DNA of 64,000 nt from an uncultured Syntrophaceae bacterium (GCA_964390545.1 CAYMJV010000003.1:127-64126); one strand, 5' to 3'; counted from the stretch's first letter, positions 26,344-36,473 are shown. Program-made: numbers and translations. The notes: generated by a model not told the origin, from the sequence alone.

Positions 26344-26979
26344 ATGGGTATACGGGAAAGGAAAGATCGAGAAAAAGATTTGAGGCGGCAACAGATACAA
26401 GAGGCTGCCAAAGAGCTATTTTTATTAAAAGGTTTGAATTCAACCACCATGGAAGATATTGCAAAAAAAGCGGAATTAAGCCCTGCCACTATCTATTTAT
26501 ATTTCAAAAACAAGGATGAACTTTATGTTTCACTCAATTTAAGTTCCATCCAATACTTCACGAATAACATCAAGAAAATTCATGATGATAGTAAACTATC
26601 AGTGGAGGAAAAAATACTCAAGATTAAAGACGCAATGTACAACATGTATAAGCACGACCCGCTCATGTTGCGTAACATTATGCATATCCAAATGGAAGAT
26701 ACCTTATTGAACATTTCCAGAGACTTGGTCGACAAGATTAACAATCTTGCGGCAGAAGTCATGGAGATGATCGCCCATATTTACGAGGAGGGGGTCCGTC
26801 AAGGGAAATTGAAGAGCGGCCGTAGTATGGCTCTTGCAGATATTATGTGGGGAATTTTTACGGGCCTAGTCATGTGGGAAGAATCAAAGAGAAGATTCAA
26901 TCCTAAAAAAGATTTTCTTAAACCCACCTTGGATAAAGCCTTTGATATTTTCTTGAAAGGAATTAGAAAAGGTCGGTAA
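26344..26979 (+). CDS. TetR/AcrR-family transcriptional regulator
   Basis: 211 aa. HTH TTMEDIAKKAELSPATIYLYFKNKDELY. AT-rich upstream region. Confidence 0.9.
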   Translation: MGIRERKDREKDLRRQQIQEAAKELFLLKGLNSTTMEDIAKKAELSPATIYLYFKNKDELYVSLNLSSIQYFTNNIKKIHDDSKLSVEEKILKIKDAMYNMYKHDPLMLRNIMHIQMEDTLLNISRDLVDKINNLAAEVMEMIAHIYEEGVRQGKLKSGRSMALADIMWGIFTGLVMWEESKRRFNPKKDFLKPTLDKAFDIFLKGIRKGR

Positions 26980-27057
26980 TTCACCTCTACGAGGTTCGTT
27001 CCAGCAGCGTTCATGAGGTGACAATCTACTGAAATCTGGATTGAAGAGACCATTACC

Positions 27058-28167
27058 TTGATATCACTCGACAGGACATCGGTGTTGGATTGCACAACCC
27101 TTTTGCCCGGTCCTTACTGCACCATGATGCTGGGTGAATTGGGGGCGGAAGTGATAAAAGTCGAAAAGCCTGGGAAGGGGGATCTTCTGCGAGGTATATG
27201 GCCAGAGTGCTTTCGCTACTTAAACGGTCACAAGAAGCTCATCACCCTGGACTTAAAGCAAGAGGAAGGCCGAAATACCCTTTTGGGATTAGCCTCCAAG
27301 ATCCATGTCTTTGTTGAAGGATTCAGGCCCGGCATTGCCGCTGATTTGGGGATTGATTTTGATACCTTCAAGAAAGTTAATCCATCGATAATCTATTGCT
27401 CAATTTCAGGATACGGCCAAGACGGACCGTACGCCCGTCTTCCCGGGCATGATATCAACTATCAAGGGCTCAGTGGGCTCCTTAGCATCTCCGGCGATCC
27501 TGAATCTGGCCCAGAATTCCATTGTGGATTTGCAGTAGCTGATTTGAGCGGTTCCATGTTCGCTTTAGTTTCAATCCTGGCGGCACTTCTGAGACCCGAT
27601 AGCCATTCCACAGCAATCCATCTAGATATCTCTATTGCAGAGAGTTTAGGGATGTGGATGATTCCGGGATTCCTGGAATTCGTTGGTCTAGGTCGACCGC
27701 CGAAGGCTGAATTCAGGGGGCGAGGCCCTTACGGAATTTTTGAAACGCGGGATAAGAAATACCTCACTCTGGGTGTCGTCGAGGATCATTTTTGGTTCAA
27801 TCTATGCAAGGCTCTCGGATTAAATGATCTTGCTTCAGACAAGGGGTTCAATAGCTGGCAGTCGAGGAACACGAACAGGGGGCGAATCGTCCCTAGACTT
27901 AGGGACGCGTTTAAAGAGGATGACTTGGAATCTTGGATTAAGAAGCTGAGAGAAATGAATGTACCCGTTGCGCCAGTGTTGGATTTTAACAATTGGATGG
28001 ACGATCCCCAATTTGTCCATCGGGGTTTCATACCTAAAACTGAAAAGGGGACAGTCGATCTGGGAAACCTGAGACGTTTTCTGATAACCTCGCTCTCAAG
28101 ACGGCAAGACGATAAGGAACAGCCTCTAACCTTAGGAAGGGATAACGGGACTGTACTTCAAAAGTAG
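27058..28167 (+). CDS. family III CoA-transferase
   Basis: 369 aa with a TTG start. GPYCTMMLGELGAEVIKVEKPGKGDLLR. Confidence 0.85.
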   Translation: MISLDRTSVLDCTTLLPGPYCTMMLGELGAEVIKVEKPGKGDLLRGIWPECFRYLNGHKKLITLDLKQEEGRNTLLGLASKIHVFVEGFRPGIAADLGIDFDTFKKVNPSIIYCSISGYGQDGPYARLPGHDINYQGLSGLLSISGDPESGPEFHCGFAVADLSGSMFALVSILAALLRPDSHSTAIHLDISIAESLGMWMIPGFLEFVGLGRPPKAEFRGRGPYGIFETRDKKYLTLGVVEDHFWFNLCKALGLNDLASDKGFNSWQSRNTNRGRIVPRLRDAFKEDDLESWIKKLREMNVPVAPVLDFNNWMDDPQFVHRGFIPKTEKGTVDLGNLRRFLITSLSRRQDDKEQPLTLGRDNGTVLQK

Positions 28168-28255
28168 GCGTAGATAATATCGCCATACTTAAGGAGAAGG
28201 GTGTTATAGCGTTTTTTAAACGTCTTAGGAAGACATCATACGGTGAGTAAAAGCT

Positions 28256-29404
28256 ATGGATTTTCAGCTTAATGAAGAGCAGAGGATTCTGCAAAAGGAA
28301 ATCAAGAGGTTCTTAGAGAAGGAGATTGCTCCTCTGGTTAATGAATATGAATATGAACGAAAACCTCTAACCAAAGAAATCATTAAGAAATTGGAACCGT
28401 TTGGATTCACTCGGGCGATTGTACCAGAAGAAAGGGGAGGGCTTGGAGATCTTGTCAGTTATTTTATTATGATCGAGGAACTCAGCAGGGTCTGGGGCTC
28501 TCTGCGGACGCTCATTAGTGTCAGTTCCCTTGCTGCATATACAATAGCGATGAGAGGGACAAAAGAACAGAGAGAGAAGTTTTTGCCAGGTCTGTTCTCG
28601 TTGGACATCCTGGCCTGTTTTGCTCTGACAGAGCCCAATGTGGGATCTGATGCAGGTGCTGTTGAGACAACAGCCGAAAGAAAGGGTGATCACTATCTCA
28701 TCAATGGTTCGAAGACGATGATTACCGGTGGTAGTATGGCTGATGTAGTATGCTTGTACGCCACGGTGGATCGATCGAAGAAAGAAAAGGGCATCACTGC
28801 GTTTCTGGTCAAAAAAGGCGAGTCGGAGTTTGAAGCATCGAATATCAAAAAGATGGGGATGCATTCGTCCGTGTTGTCGGAACTCTCCTTCGACGACTCC
28901 CGCGTGCCGATTGAAAATCGACTAGGAGAAGAAGGTGAAGGTCTAAGAATTGCTCTTATTGGACTGAACATCGGCCGTGTTGCTGTATCGTTTGGCGCTG
29001 TCGGCATAGCGCAGGCTGCCTTGGATGCTGCGATCCGTTATGCCAAAAAACGAGTTCAATTTGGCAAACCGATCGGTGGCTTCCAGCTTGTTCAAGAGAT
29101 GATTGTGGATATGGCATTGAAAGTGGATGCGGCGCGGTTATTGAGTTTAAGGGCCGCTGAATTACTGAACAGAGGTGCCGAATGCAGACGTGAAGCTTCA
29201 TTCGCCAAGTTGTTTTCCACGGAAATGGTGATGGATGTCGCCAACAAGGCCATTCAGGTACACGGGGGGTACGGATATACAGAAGAGTACCCTGTTGAGA
29301 GGTATTATCGTGACGGACGCCACTTGACCCTGGCAGAGGGCACCAGTGAAATACAGAAACTTATTATTGGCCGAGATATCTTAGGAATCTCTGCGATTAC
29401 TTAG
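28256..29404 (+). CDS. acyl-CoA dehydrogenase
   Basis: 382 aa. ALTEPNVGSDAG, and YRDGRHLTLAEGTSEIQKLIIG containing the catalytic Glu region. Confidence 0.9.
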   Translation: MDFQLNEEQRILQKEIKRFLEKEIAPLVNEYEYERKPLTKEIIKKLEPFGFTRAIVPEERGGLGDLVSYFIMIEELSRVWGSLRTLISVSSLAAYTIAMRGTKEQREKFLPGLFSLDILACFALTEPNVGSDAGAVETTAERKGDHYLINGSKTMITGGSMADVVCLYATVDRSKKEKGITAFLVKKGESEFEASNIKKMGMHSSVLSELSFDDSRVPIENRLGEEGEGLRIALIGLNIGRVAVSFGAVGIAQAALDAAIRYAKKRVQFGKPIGGFQLVQEMIVDMALKVDAARLLSLRAAELLNRGAECRREASFAKLFSTEMVMDVANKAIQVHGGYGYTEEYPVERYYRDGRHLTLAEGTSEIQKLIIGRDILGISAIT

Positions 29405-29654
29405 TGGACCAACCCAGCGTTTCTGTAGAAAAATCATGGCGTTGGTATTCCGACACTTCTCATATCCATGAGAGTTCAGGATGTTTAGGGTTTTGTTTAA
29501 AGGAAAAGCGCCGCAGATAATTTGAATTCGTAAGATAGGACCAGCAGGAGCGATCCGGGCTCAAAAGACTGTGTATGATCGTGATGGCGCGCCGGACTAA
29601 AGATGCTCGAGAACCATAATTCTTAAGTTAGTTTAGAGCAAAAAGGAGGAATAA

Positions 29655-31034
29655 ATGAGGAAGATCAGTCTCGGTTCAGGATCAGGATATTGGGGTGAAC
29701 CTCTTGATCTCACGAAAGAATTAGCAGAAAGGGCGGATCTCGACTATATAGGGTTGGAACTCTTGGCCGAATTAAGTATGTCAATCCTGCAGGGTTGGAA
29801 GGCAAAAGATCCTTCTAAGGGATATGTTCCAGATTTGCTTGAACAGTTGAGATTGATCCTGCCACATACCTCCAAGAAGGGTACGAAAATCATTACAAAT
29901 GGAGGTGGGACCAATCCCAAACAGGCTGCTGAAGAGATTGCCAAACTGATCAAAGAGCTGCGTCTTCCTCCGATGAAGATAGGAATTATAGAGGGAGAGG
30001 ACTTCTATCATCAGATAGACAATATGCTATCAAAAGGGATTGAATTAGTGAATTTGGACACCGGGGAGAGGGACATTAGAGTGATTAGAGATAAGATTGT
30101 GGCGGCTCACGCTTATGTAGGCTCAGAGCTGATTATAGAGGCATTGAAGCAAGGTGCAGATATGGTCATTTCGGGAAGGGTTTCAGATAACGCTCTATAT
30201 GTTGGACCTATCATGTACGAATTTGGGTTGAGTTTCGAAGATCCTGACTGGGAGAAGATTGGGGCAGCAATAACGATCGGTCACATTATCGAATGCGGCG
30301 AGGCTGTAACCGGGGGTTTGTCCAATTTCTGGAAGGATAATAAGGAGCCTTGGAATATGGGGATGCCCATCGCTGAAGTGAGTGAAACTCTCGAAGAAGC
30401 GATCATTACAAAAACCCCCAAATCGGGTGGTCAGATGACCGTCAATACGGTTAAAGAGCATCTGGTCTATGAGACCCACGACCCCAAGAATTACCTTATG
30501 CCAGACGGCGTGGCAGATCTTACAACACTAAAGCTGGAACAAGTTGGAGAAGACAGAGTCAGAGTGACCAACATGAAGGGGGGTAAGAAAAGGCCTGATA
30601 CCTTGAAGTGTCAGATAGGTTATGAAGAGAGCTGGATGGCGACGTCGGAGGTCATACTTGCGTGGCCTGAAGCTATCACAAAGGCCAAGTTTTATGAGCA
30701 GATTGTGAGAGAAAGATTTAAGAAATATCGGATCGAGCCATTAGAAATAAGGTTTGACTGGATAGGGATAAATGGGGCGCATGGAGCGGTTGCACCAATC
30801 CCAGAGGACGAGGATTCCGTTAATGAGATTCTTGTTCGGTGTGCTGCCAAATTTAAAGATAAGGCAGAGGCTAACCAAGCGAGAAGGTTCTGTATGATGG
30901 GATCGTTAGTCCTTGCACCCATAGGCCTAACTCATGGGATGCCTAGTCCCTCGCGGAGGGTCATTGGTCTATGGCCCACCCTCATTCCTAGGGAAGAGAT
31001 TAAACTCAGTTTGACGATGAGGGAGGTGAAATAA
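29655..31034 (+). CDS. AtuA-like protein (DUF1446, acyclic terpene utilisation family)
   Basis: 459 aa with an AAGGAGG RBS. The N-terminus ISLGSGSGYWGEPLDLTKELAERADLDYIGLELLAELSM matches the DUF1446 signature as I recall it (IG.G.GF.GD ... LDYL.FE.LAE). Confidence 0.7.
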   Translation: MRKISLGSGSGYWGEPLDLTKELAERADLDYIGLELLAELSMSILQGWKAKDPSKGYVPDLLEQLRLILPHTSKKGTKIITNGGGTNPKQAAEEIAKLIKELRLPPMKIGIIEGEDFYHQIDNMLSKGIELVNLDTGERDIRVIRDKIVAAHAYVGSELIIEALKQGADMVISGRVSDNALYVGPIMYEFGLSFEDPDWEKIGAAITIGHIIECGEAVTGGLSNFWKDNKEPWNMGMPIAEVSETLEEAIITKTPKSGGQMTVNTVKEHLVYETHDPKNYLMPDGVADLTTLKLEQVGEDRVRVTNMKGGKKRPDTLKCQIGYEESWMATSEVILAWPEAITKAKFYEQIVRERFKKYRIEPLEIRFDWIGINGAHGAVAPIPEDEDSVNEILVRCAAKFKDKAEANQARRFCMMGSLVLAPIGLTHGMPSPSRRVIGLWPTLIPREEIKLSLTMREVK

Positions 31035-31035
31035 A

Positions 31036-31356
31036 ATGAAGAGAAAGGTGCAATTGAGAAATCTTGCTTGGGCAAGATCCGGAGATAAGGGCGACATATC
31101 AGATTTGGGCATCATGCCCTTCAACGAGAGGAACTACGAGATACTCAAAAGAGAGGTTACCCCTGAGAAAGTGAAAGCCTTTTTTAAGGAGGATGTTAAA
31201 GGCGCCGTAGAAGTTTACTGGATGGATAATCTTCCTGCCATTAAGGTGGTCATGCATAATGCTTTAGGAGGCGGAGCCACCAAGACCCTCAGGTGGGATG
31301 AGACAGGAAAAGCAATGGCAACTGCGATTTTGAGAATGGAAGTAGAGGTGGATTAG
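31036..31356 (+). CDS. small AtuA-associated protein (probably the detached C-terminal module of long AtuA proteins)
   Basis: 106 aa. The ATG is 1 nt after the AtuA-like stop. ARSGDKGD and ALGGGATKTLRWDETGKA blocks. Assignment made from memory only. Confidence 0.4.
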   Translation: MKRKVQLRNLAWARSGDKGDISDLGIMPFNERNYEILKREVTPEKVKAFFKEDVKGAVEVYWMDNLPAIKVVMHNALGGGATKTLRWDETGKAMATAILRMEVEVD

Positions 31357-31487
31357 CCTTTCTTGGTTTTAGAAAGGGTAATCCATTGAATTCCTAAAAC
31401 TGCGAATTTCCACAACTGCGTTCCCAGTTGAGACAAAGTAGAGGGGATTCATGTTAGGCGGGTTGGAGCAGTTAGGGGCAACTGGTT

Positions 31488-33068
31488 ATGGGACAGTGGA
31501 TGGATGGGTTCACGAAGCGATTAGATGCGATCAGAAAAGCAGGTATCGAAGGGGGAGGGAGAGATCGAGTTGAAATCCAGCACAAATTAGGGAAGTTGAC
31601 TGCGCAGGAGAGGATCCAGCGGTTATTTGATCGAGGGAGTTTTCAACCATTAGGCACACTGGTAGTGGAACAGCAGGAGATAGCAGTCGTCGATGCGGGC
31701 GAGGTCAAAAGGAAGGGGCGAAGCGGCAAGAAGAGCCCGAGTGACGGCGTCGTCATAGGCTTTGGCAAGGTGAATGGGAAAAAGGTTGCTGCATACGCGA
31801 CAGATTTTATCGTTATGTCGGGGAGCGTTGGGGATCAAGGATCCTGGATGATTTCCGACATGATTTCGATGGCCGGGAAAATGCGGATTCCATTAATTGC
31901 GATGTACGATTCTGCTGGTTTGAGAGGCACATTTACGAATGGCAGGCCGGGATACGATGGGATTGGCAGAATCTTGAAATACCATTCACTGTATTCTGGT
32001 GTGATTCCTCAGATAGGACTATTGCTCGGGCCTTGTGTGGGTCTGATGGCATATGCTCCTGTTCTTTGCCATTTTCTTATTATGAATGGAAAAAACGCTT
32101 TCCTGTGGCTTGGAGGAGAAAAAGAATCAGATGGAGCGGGCAGCGCCCAACAACATATGATGGAGTCGGGGCAATGTGACTTTGTTGTAGATAGTGATGA
32201 AGCGGCAATAGATAAAGCAAAAGAGCTCCTACGATTCTTGCCACAGAACTGTTGGGAGAATCCACCTCGCCTCGAGACGAGTGATCCAATAGACAGGCAG
32301 GAAGAAGACCTTGTTGAGGTAATGCCAAACGATCCCAAGTTCACCTATGACATACATGAAATCATCAGCAGGATCGTGGACGATGGCTATTATCTCGAGC
32401 TCAAAAAGGATTTCGCGACTCATTTCGTTATTGGTTTTTGCTCGTTCGGGGGGAAGGTGGCAGGGCTTGTTGCCAATAACCCTGATGAGCTGAGCGGAAT
32501 ATTTGAGCCTGATTGCTCCGATAAATATGATAGGTTTATGAATTTCTTGGATGCCTTCAACATACCGCTGATCACCTTATCAGATACCACAGCTTTCGTG
32601 CCGGGTGATAGGTGGGAGAGAAAGGGTGTGATTAGACATGGGGCCAAGTTGCTTCATTCCTATGCAAGATTTACGGCGCCCAAAATAACCATGCCTCTCA
32701 GACGCTTTTACGGGGGTGGACAGGTAGTGATGGGTGCGCACGGAATGGCCCCTGATCTTATTTATGGTTGGCCTACTGCTGAGTTTGCACCTGCAGGGCC
32801 TGAAAATATTGTACAGACGATATTTCATAAGGAACTGAAGAAAGCCAAAGACGAAGGCAATTATCAGGAGGTTCATGACAAACTTTTAGCTCAGTTGGTT
32901 CAGGAATGCAGTGTCATGACACGGGCAAGGAGTTGGACTGACGTATATACCGTTCAAGAAGTCATTGACCCAAGAGAGACCAGGCCGACACTGTGCAGGG
33001 CTTTAGAAGTGTTAGAGGGCAAGGAGGAGAAATTGCCTGATAATAAGAGATCGATTAAGCCGGCTTAG
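31488..33068 (+). CDS. acyl-CoA carboxylase carboxyltransferase subunit (PccB/AccD5/AtuC type), paralogue 1
   Basis: 526 aa. QHKLGKLTAQERIQRLFDRGSF, and DTTAFVPGDRWERKGVIRHGAKLL. Confidence 0.9.
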   Translation: MGQWMDGFTKRLDAIRKAGIEGGGRDRVEIQHKLGKLTAQERIQRLFDRGSFQPLGTLVVEQQEIAVVDAGEVKRKGRSGKKSPSDGVVIGFGKVNGKKVAAYATDFIVMSGSVGDQGSWMISDMISMAGKMRIPLIAMYDSAGLRGTFTNGRPGYDGIGRILKYHSLYSGVIPQIGLLLGPCVGLMAYAPVLCHFLIMNGKNAFLWLGGEKESDGAGSAQQHMMESGQCDFVVDSDEAAIDKAKELLRFLPQNCWENPPRLETSDPIDRQEEDLVEVMPNDPKFTYDIHEIISRIVDDGYYLELKKDFATHFVIGFCSFGGKVAGLVANNPDELSGIFEPDCSDKYDRFMNFLDAFNIPLITLSDTTAFVPGDRWERKGVIRHGAKLLHSYARFTAPKITMPLRRFYGGGQVVMGAHGMAPDLIYGWPTAEFAPAGPENIVQTIFHKELKKAKDEGNYQEVHDKLLAQLVQECSVMTRARSWTDVYTVQEVIDPRETRPTLCRALEVLEGKEEKLPDNKRSIKPA

Positions 33069-33163
33069 ATGTGAGTTGTAAAAGGAGGTAGATCATTTTA
33101 GCAATTCCGATGTAGGTCAAAGTACTTAGTAACCCTATCGTTTCAAAACCCGAGAGGGCGCAG

Positions 33164-34735
33164 ATGGACCAGATTTTGAAAGAAGCAACCGAAAGATTAA
33201 AAAAGCTGAGAGCAGGGAATCTCTTGGGGGGAAGTGAAAATGCGCTGGAAAGGCAGAGGAGTCTGGGAAAACTGCCTGTAAGAGAACGAATCGACTACTT
33301 CTATGATCCAGATACCTTTCAGGAATTAGGGTCTGCGGTCACATCGACGGGAATACGTATTGATGGCAAAGTGAATGTAACTCCTGCGGATGGGGCAATT
33401 GTGGGGACCGGCAAAGTCGATAAGAGAGCTGTTGCCATGTACGCCAGCGACTTCAGCGTCCAAGCTGGTTCAATGGCCACACAACACATACAGAAATTTT
33501 TTTGCATCACCGGCTGGGCCGGAAAATGGGGGATCCCTATTGTATGGTTGATAGATTCCGCGGGGGGGAGACTCGGCGAATATGACATATCCACGGTTGG
33601 TGTTGAGTGGTTTTTTTATTATGAGTCCCGGTTTTCAGGGGTCGTTCCACAGGTTCACGTTCTACTGGGGCCCTGTGTGGCTGGACAGGCATATGCACCC
33701 TGTCTGTGCGATTTCCTGATCATGGTGAGAGGGACGTCCTACTTGTGGCTTGGAGGTCCAAGGCTAACCTCGTCTGCCACATCAGAAGAGATGGATTCGG
33801 AAGTTGGAAGCGCCGACTATCACATGAAACTCACCGGATCTGTCGATTACGTGGCAGTCGATGACCGCGACGCTCTTAGAATCGCAAGGAAGTTGCTTAG
33901 CTACCTGCCTTCTAACTGGAGGGAAGAACCGCCTGTGTTTAATCCCGGAGGGGAGGATGCTGGCAGAGATACATTTGAGCTCTATAAGATCGTGCCTGGG
34001 GATGTTTCCAAGAAATATGATATGCATGACGTCATTAAGGTGATTGTGGATCATGGTGATTACTTAGAGCTGAAAGATGAGTATGCCAAAAATCTGATTA
34101 CGTGCTTTGCGCGTATTGACGGCCGTTCGGTGGGTATTGTGGCTAACAATCCGAGTGAACCAGGCAGCATTCTGGAGCGCAATTCTTGTGATAAGTATTA
34201 CCGGTTCCTATCCGTCCTTGATGCGTACAACATCCCTCTGATTAATCTCGTTGACACACCTCCCTATGTACCCGGCGAAAATGAAGAAAAATTGGGCTTA
34301 CTGAGACATGGGGGAAAGATCATTGATCTCTACGCAACGACAACCATACCCAAGATAAGTATTGTCTTAAGACAGGCGTATGGGGATGCGGGAGCTTTCA
34401 TTATGGGGGTATCAAAAAGCATGGGTGCTGATATTTGTTATGCTTGGCCGAATGCGATCATGGCAGTAGAGATATCAGAAATGAATATCCATAAAGCCTA
34501 TATGGGAGGTGGAGTTGAAAAAGACGCCTATGAATCCTACCTAGGGGAAGTGCGGGAGAAAGTAAGTGTATTTGACGTGGCCAATACATGGACTGCAAAT
34601 GTCATTGACGAGGTCATTGACCCCGGCGAGACAAGGAAAAAGATAATCGAGGCCATTGAGGTAACGAAGAACAAGCAAGAGATATTACCTATGTTTCCGA
34701 AGAGCAAAAAAGGCCACGGGGCACCTCCTGGTTAA
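33164..34735 (+). CDS. acyl-CoA carboxylase carboxyltransferase subunit, paralogue 2
   Basis: 523 aa. RQRSLGKLPVRERIDYFYDPDTF, and DTPPYVPGENEEKLGLLRHGGKII. Confidence 0.9.
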   Translation: MDQILKEATERLKKLRAGNLLGGSENALERQRSLGKLPVRERIDYFYDPDTFQELGSAVTSTGIRIDGKVNVTPADGAIVGTGKVDKRAVAMYASDFSVQAGSMATQHIQKFFCITGWAGKWGIPIVWLIDSAGGRLGEYDISTVGVEWFFYYESRFSGVVPQVHVLLGPCVAGQAYAPCLCDFLIMVRGTSYLWLGGPRLTSSATSEEMDSEVGSADYHMKLTGSVDYVAVDDRDALRIARKLLSYLPSNWREEPPVFNPGGEDAGRDTFELYKIVPGDVSKKYDMHDVIKVIVDHGDYLELKDEYAKNLITCFARIDGRSVGIVANNPSEPGSILERNSCDKYYRFLSVLDAYNIPLINLVDTPPYVPGENEEKLGLLRHGGKIIDLYATTTIPKISIVLRQAYGDAGAFIMGVSKSMGADICYAWPNAIMAVEISEMNIHKAYMGGGVEKDAYESYLGEVREKVSVFDVANTWTANVIDEVIDPGETRKKIIEAIEVTKNKQEILPMFPKSKKGHGAPPG

Positions 34736-34739
34736 AAGA

Positions 34740-35087
34740 TTGAAGTTGGAAATGTTGGGACTTTTTTCTGCATCGATAGACGGTGGGAAATGGAATTTTC
34801 ATAAATGTCCGCTAAAAAAAGTTGTGTCTAGAAATGAATGGAGGAAAACAGTGGAAGTGAGAGCGCTCATGTCCGGAGTATTCTACAGAAAACCTACCCC
34901 TGAAGCACCCCCCTACGTGGAGGTAGGGGATCAAGTAAAGAAAGGGCAGGTACTGGGTCTTTTGGAGACGATGAAGGTGTTCCAGAAAATTAAGGCTCCG
35001 GTGGATGGAAAAGTTGTTGAAATTCTTGCCGAGAATGAGGGTTTGATTAAGGACAACCAAGTTATCTTCGTGATAGAAGCAGCTTAG
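34740..35087 (+). CDS. biotin carboxyl carrier protein (biotinyl domain only)
   Basis: Biotinyl-lipoyl fold VRALMSGVFYRKP..VEVGDQVKKGQVLGLLETMKVFQKIKAPVDGKVVEI, with Lys in E-T-M-K-V. Start is uncertain (TTG 34740 or ATG 34752). Confidence 0.8.
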   Translation: MKLEMLGLFSASIDGGKWNFHKCPLKKVVSRNEWRKTVEVRALMSGVFYRKPTPEAPPYVEVGDQVKKGQVLGLLETMKVFQKIKAPVDGKVVEILAENEGLIKDNQVIFVIEAA

Positions 35088-35093
35088 AATGAT

Positions 35094-36473
35094 GTGAAAA
35101 GGGAAATGATGTTTTCAAAAGTACTTGTTGCCAACAGAGGAGAGATCGCCGTTAGGGTAATAAGAGCTCTAAGAGAGTTAGGTATAGCGAGCGTTGCAGT
35201 CTATTCCGAAGCTGATAAGAACTGCTTGCATCTTGAGTTGGCTGACGAGAAAGTGTGTATTGGTCCATCTATCAGTGCTAAAAGCTACTTAAATATTGAG
35301 AACATCATCAGGGCAGCGAAGGAGACAAAGGCCGAGGCCATTCATCCCGGTTATGGATACTTGGCTGAGAGTGGGGAATTTGCCAAGGAATTAGAGAAAG
35401 AGGGTTTTGTCTTTATTGGGCCCAGTCCTGAGAATCTTCAACTGGCTGGTGATAAGCTTATTGCGAAGAAAATAGTGAAGAGCGCAGGTGTACCCATCAT
35501 ACCGAGCAGCCCGGATGGGGTCGGTACGATTGAGGAAGCAAAGAAAATTTGTGGCACGATCGGATACCCGGTGATGATCAAGGCATCCGGAGGAGGCGGC
35601 GGATGCGGAATAAGGATCTGTGACAACGAGGAAGCCCTGATGGAGGAATTCCCCGTGGCCAAAATGGAAGCACGTGCTGCGTTTGGGAATGGTGAACTCT
35701 ATATTGAGAAATATGTTGTTGAACCGCGGCATATCGAATTTCAGGTGTTGGCTGATGCGTCGGGGAATGTGATCCACTTGGGCGAGCGCGAGTGCAGCAT
35801 CCAGCGGCGGTACCAGAAGCTGATTGAAGAATGTCCTTCTCCCCTGCTGACGCCCGAAATGCGAAAGGCCATGGGCGACGCGGCGATCGCTGCGGCAAAG
35901 GCGGTGAAGTATCTTAACGCTGGCACGATGGAATTTCTCGTGGATAAAGCAGGCCGTTTCTATTTTATGGAAATCAATGCGAGAATTCAAGTTGAGCATC
36001 CAGTGACAGAACTTGTGACGGGTGTGGACCTTGTCAAGGAGCAGATCAGGCTCTCCTCAGGAGGTCAACTGGAGTATTCCTTCGATGATTTGATCAGAAG
36101 GGGATGGGCTATAGAATGCAGGATCAATGCAGAAGATCCTGATAGGAACTTCGCCCCCTCTCCGGGGACTGTTGAGGAATATCAGGCGCCCGGGGGGTTT
36201 GGAGTGAGGTTGGATACTCATCTGTATCAGGGTTATGAAATACCTGTCTATTATGATTCTCTGATCGCCAAACTCATTGCCTTTGATCTAACGCGAGACC
36301 GCGCAATCCAAATCATGAAAAGGGCACTCGGCGAACTCAAGATAAGCCCTATCAAAACCACCATACCCCTTTACCTAAGAATCATGGATGATCCCCAGTT
36401 CCGGCAGGGTGAATTCAACACCGGCTTTCTTAAAAACTACTTGCTAGGAAAGGATGAGGAAGAGGAGTTTTAG
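35094..36473 (+). CDS. biotin carboxylase (AccC-type ATP-grasp)
   Basis: 459 aa. KVLVANRGEIAVRVIRA, GYPVMIKASGGGGGCGIR, and EINARIQVEHPVTE. Confidence 0.95.
   Translation: MKREMMFSKVLVANRGEIAVRVIRALRELGIASVAVYSEADKNCLHLELADEKVCIGPSISAKSYLNIENIIRAAKETKAEAIHPGYGYLAESGEFAKELEKEGFVFIGPSPENLQLAGDKLIAKKIVKSAGVPIIPSSPDGVGTIEEAKKICGTIGYPVMIKASGGGGGCGIRICDNEEALMEEFPVAKMEARAAFGNGELYIEKYVVEPRHIEFQVLADASGNVIHLGERECSIQRRYQKLIEECPSPLLTPEMRKAMGDAAIAAAKAVKYLNAGTMEFLVDKAGRFYFMEINARIQVEHPVTELVTGVDLVKEQIRLSSGGQLEYSFDDLIRRGWAIECRINAEDPDRNFAPSPGTVEEYQAPGGFGVRLDTHLYQGYEIPVYYDSLIAKLIAFDLTRDRAIQIMKRALGELKISPIKTTIPLYLRIMDDPQFRQGEFNTGFLKNYLLGKDEEEEF

Noticed and set aside
35391-35999. Long antisense ORFs in the track: 35391..35999, 37349..37948, 36967..37530, 49909..50424, 53426..53905, 5722..6300, 56237..56737, 28367..28864, 9372..9863 and others.
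   Set aside because: Each lies fully inside a + strand gene with strong family motifs. None shows recognisable motifs or an RBS. They are typical shadow ORFs.
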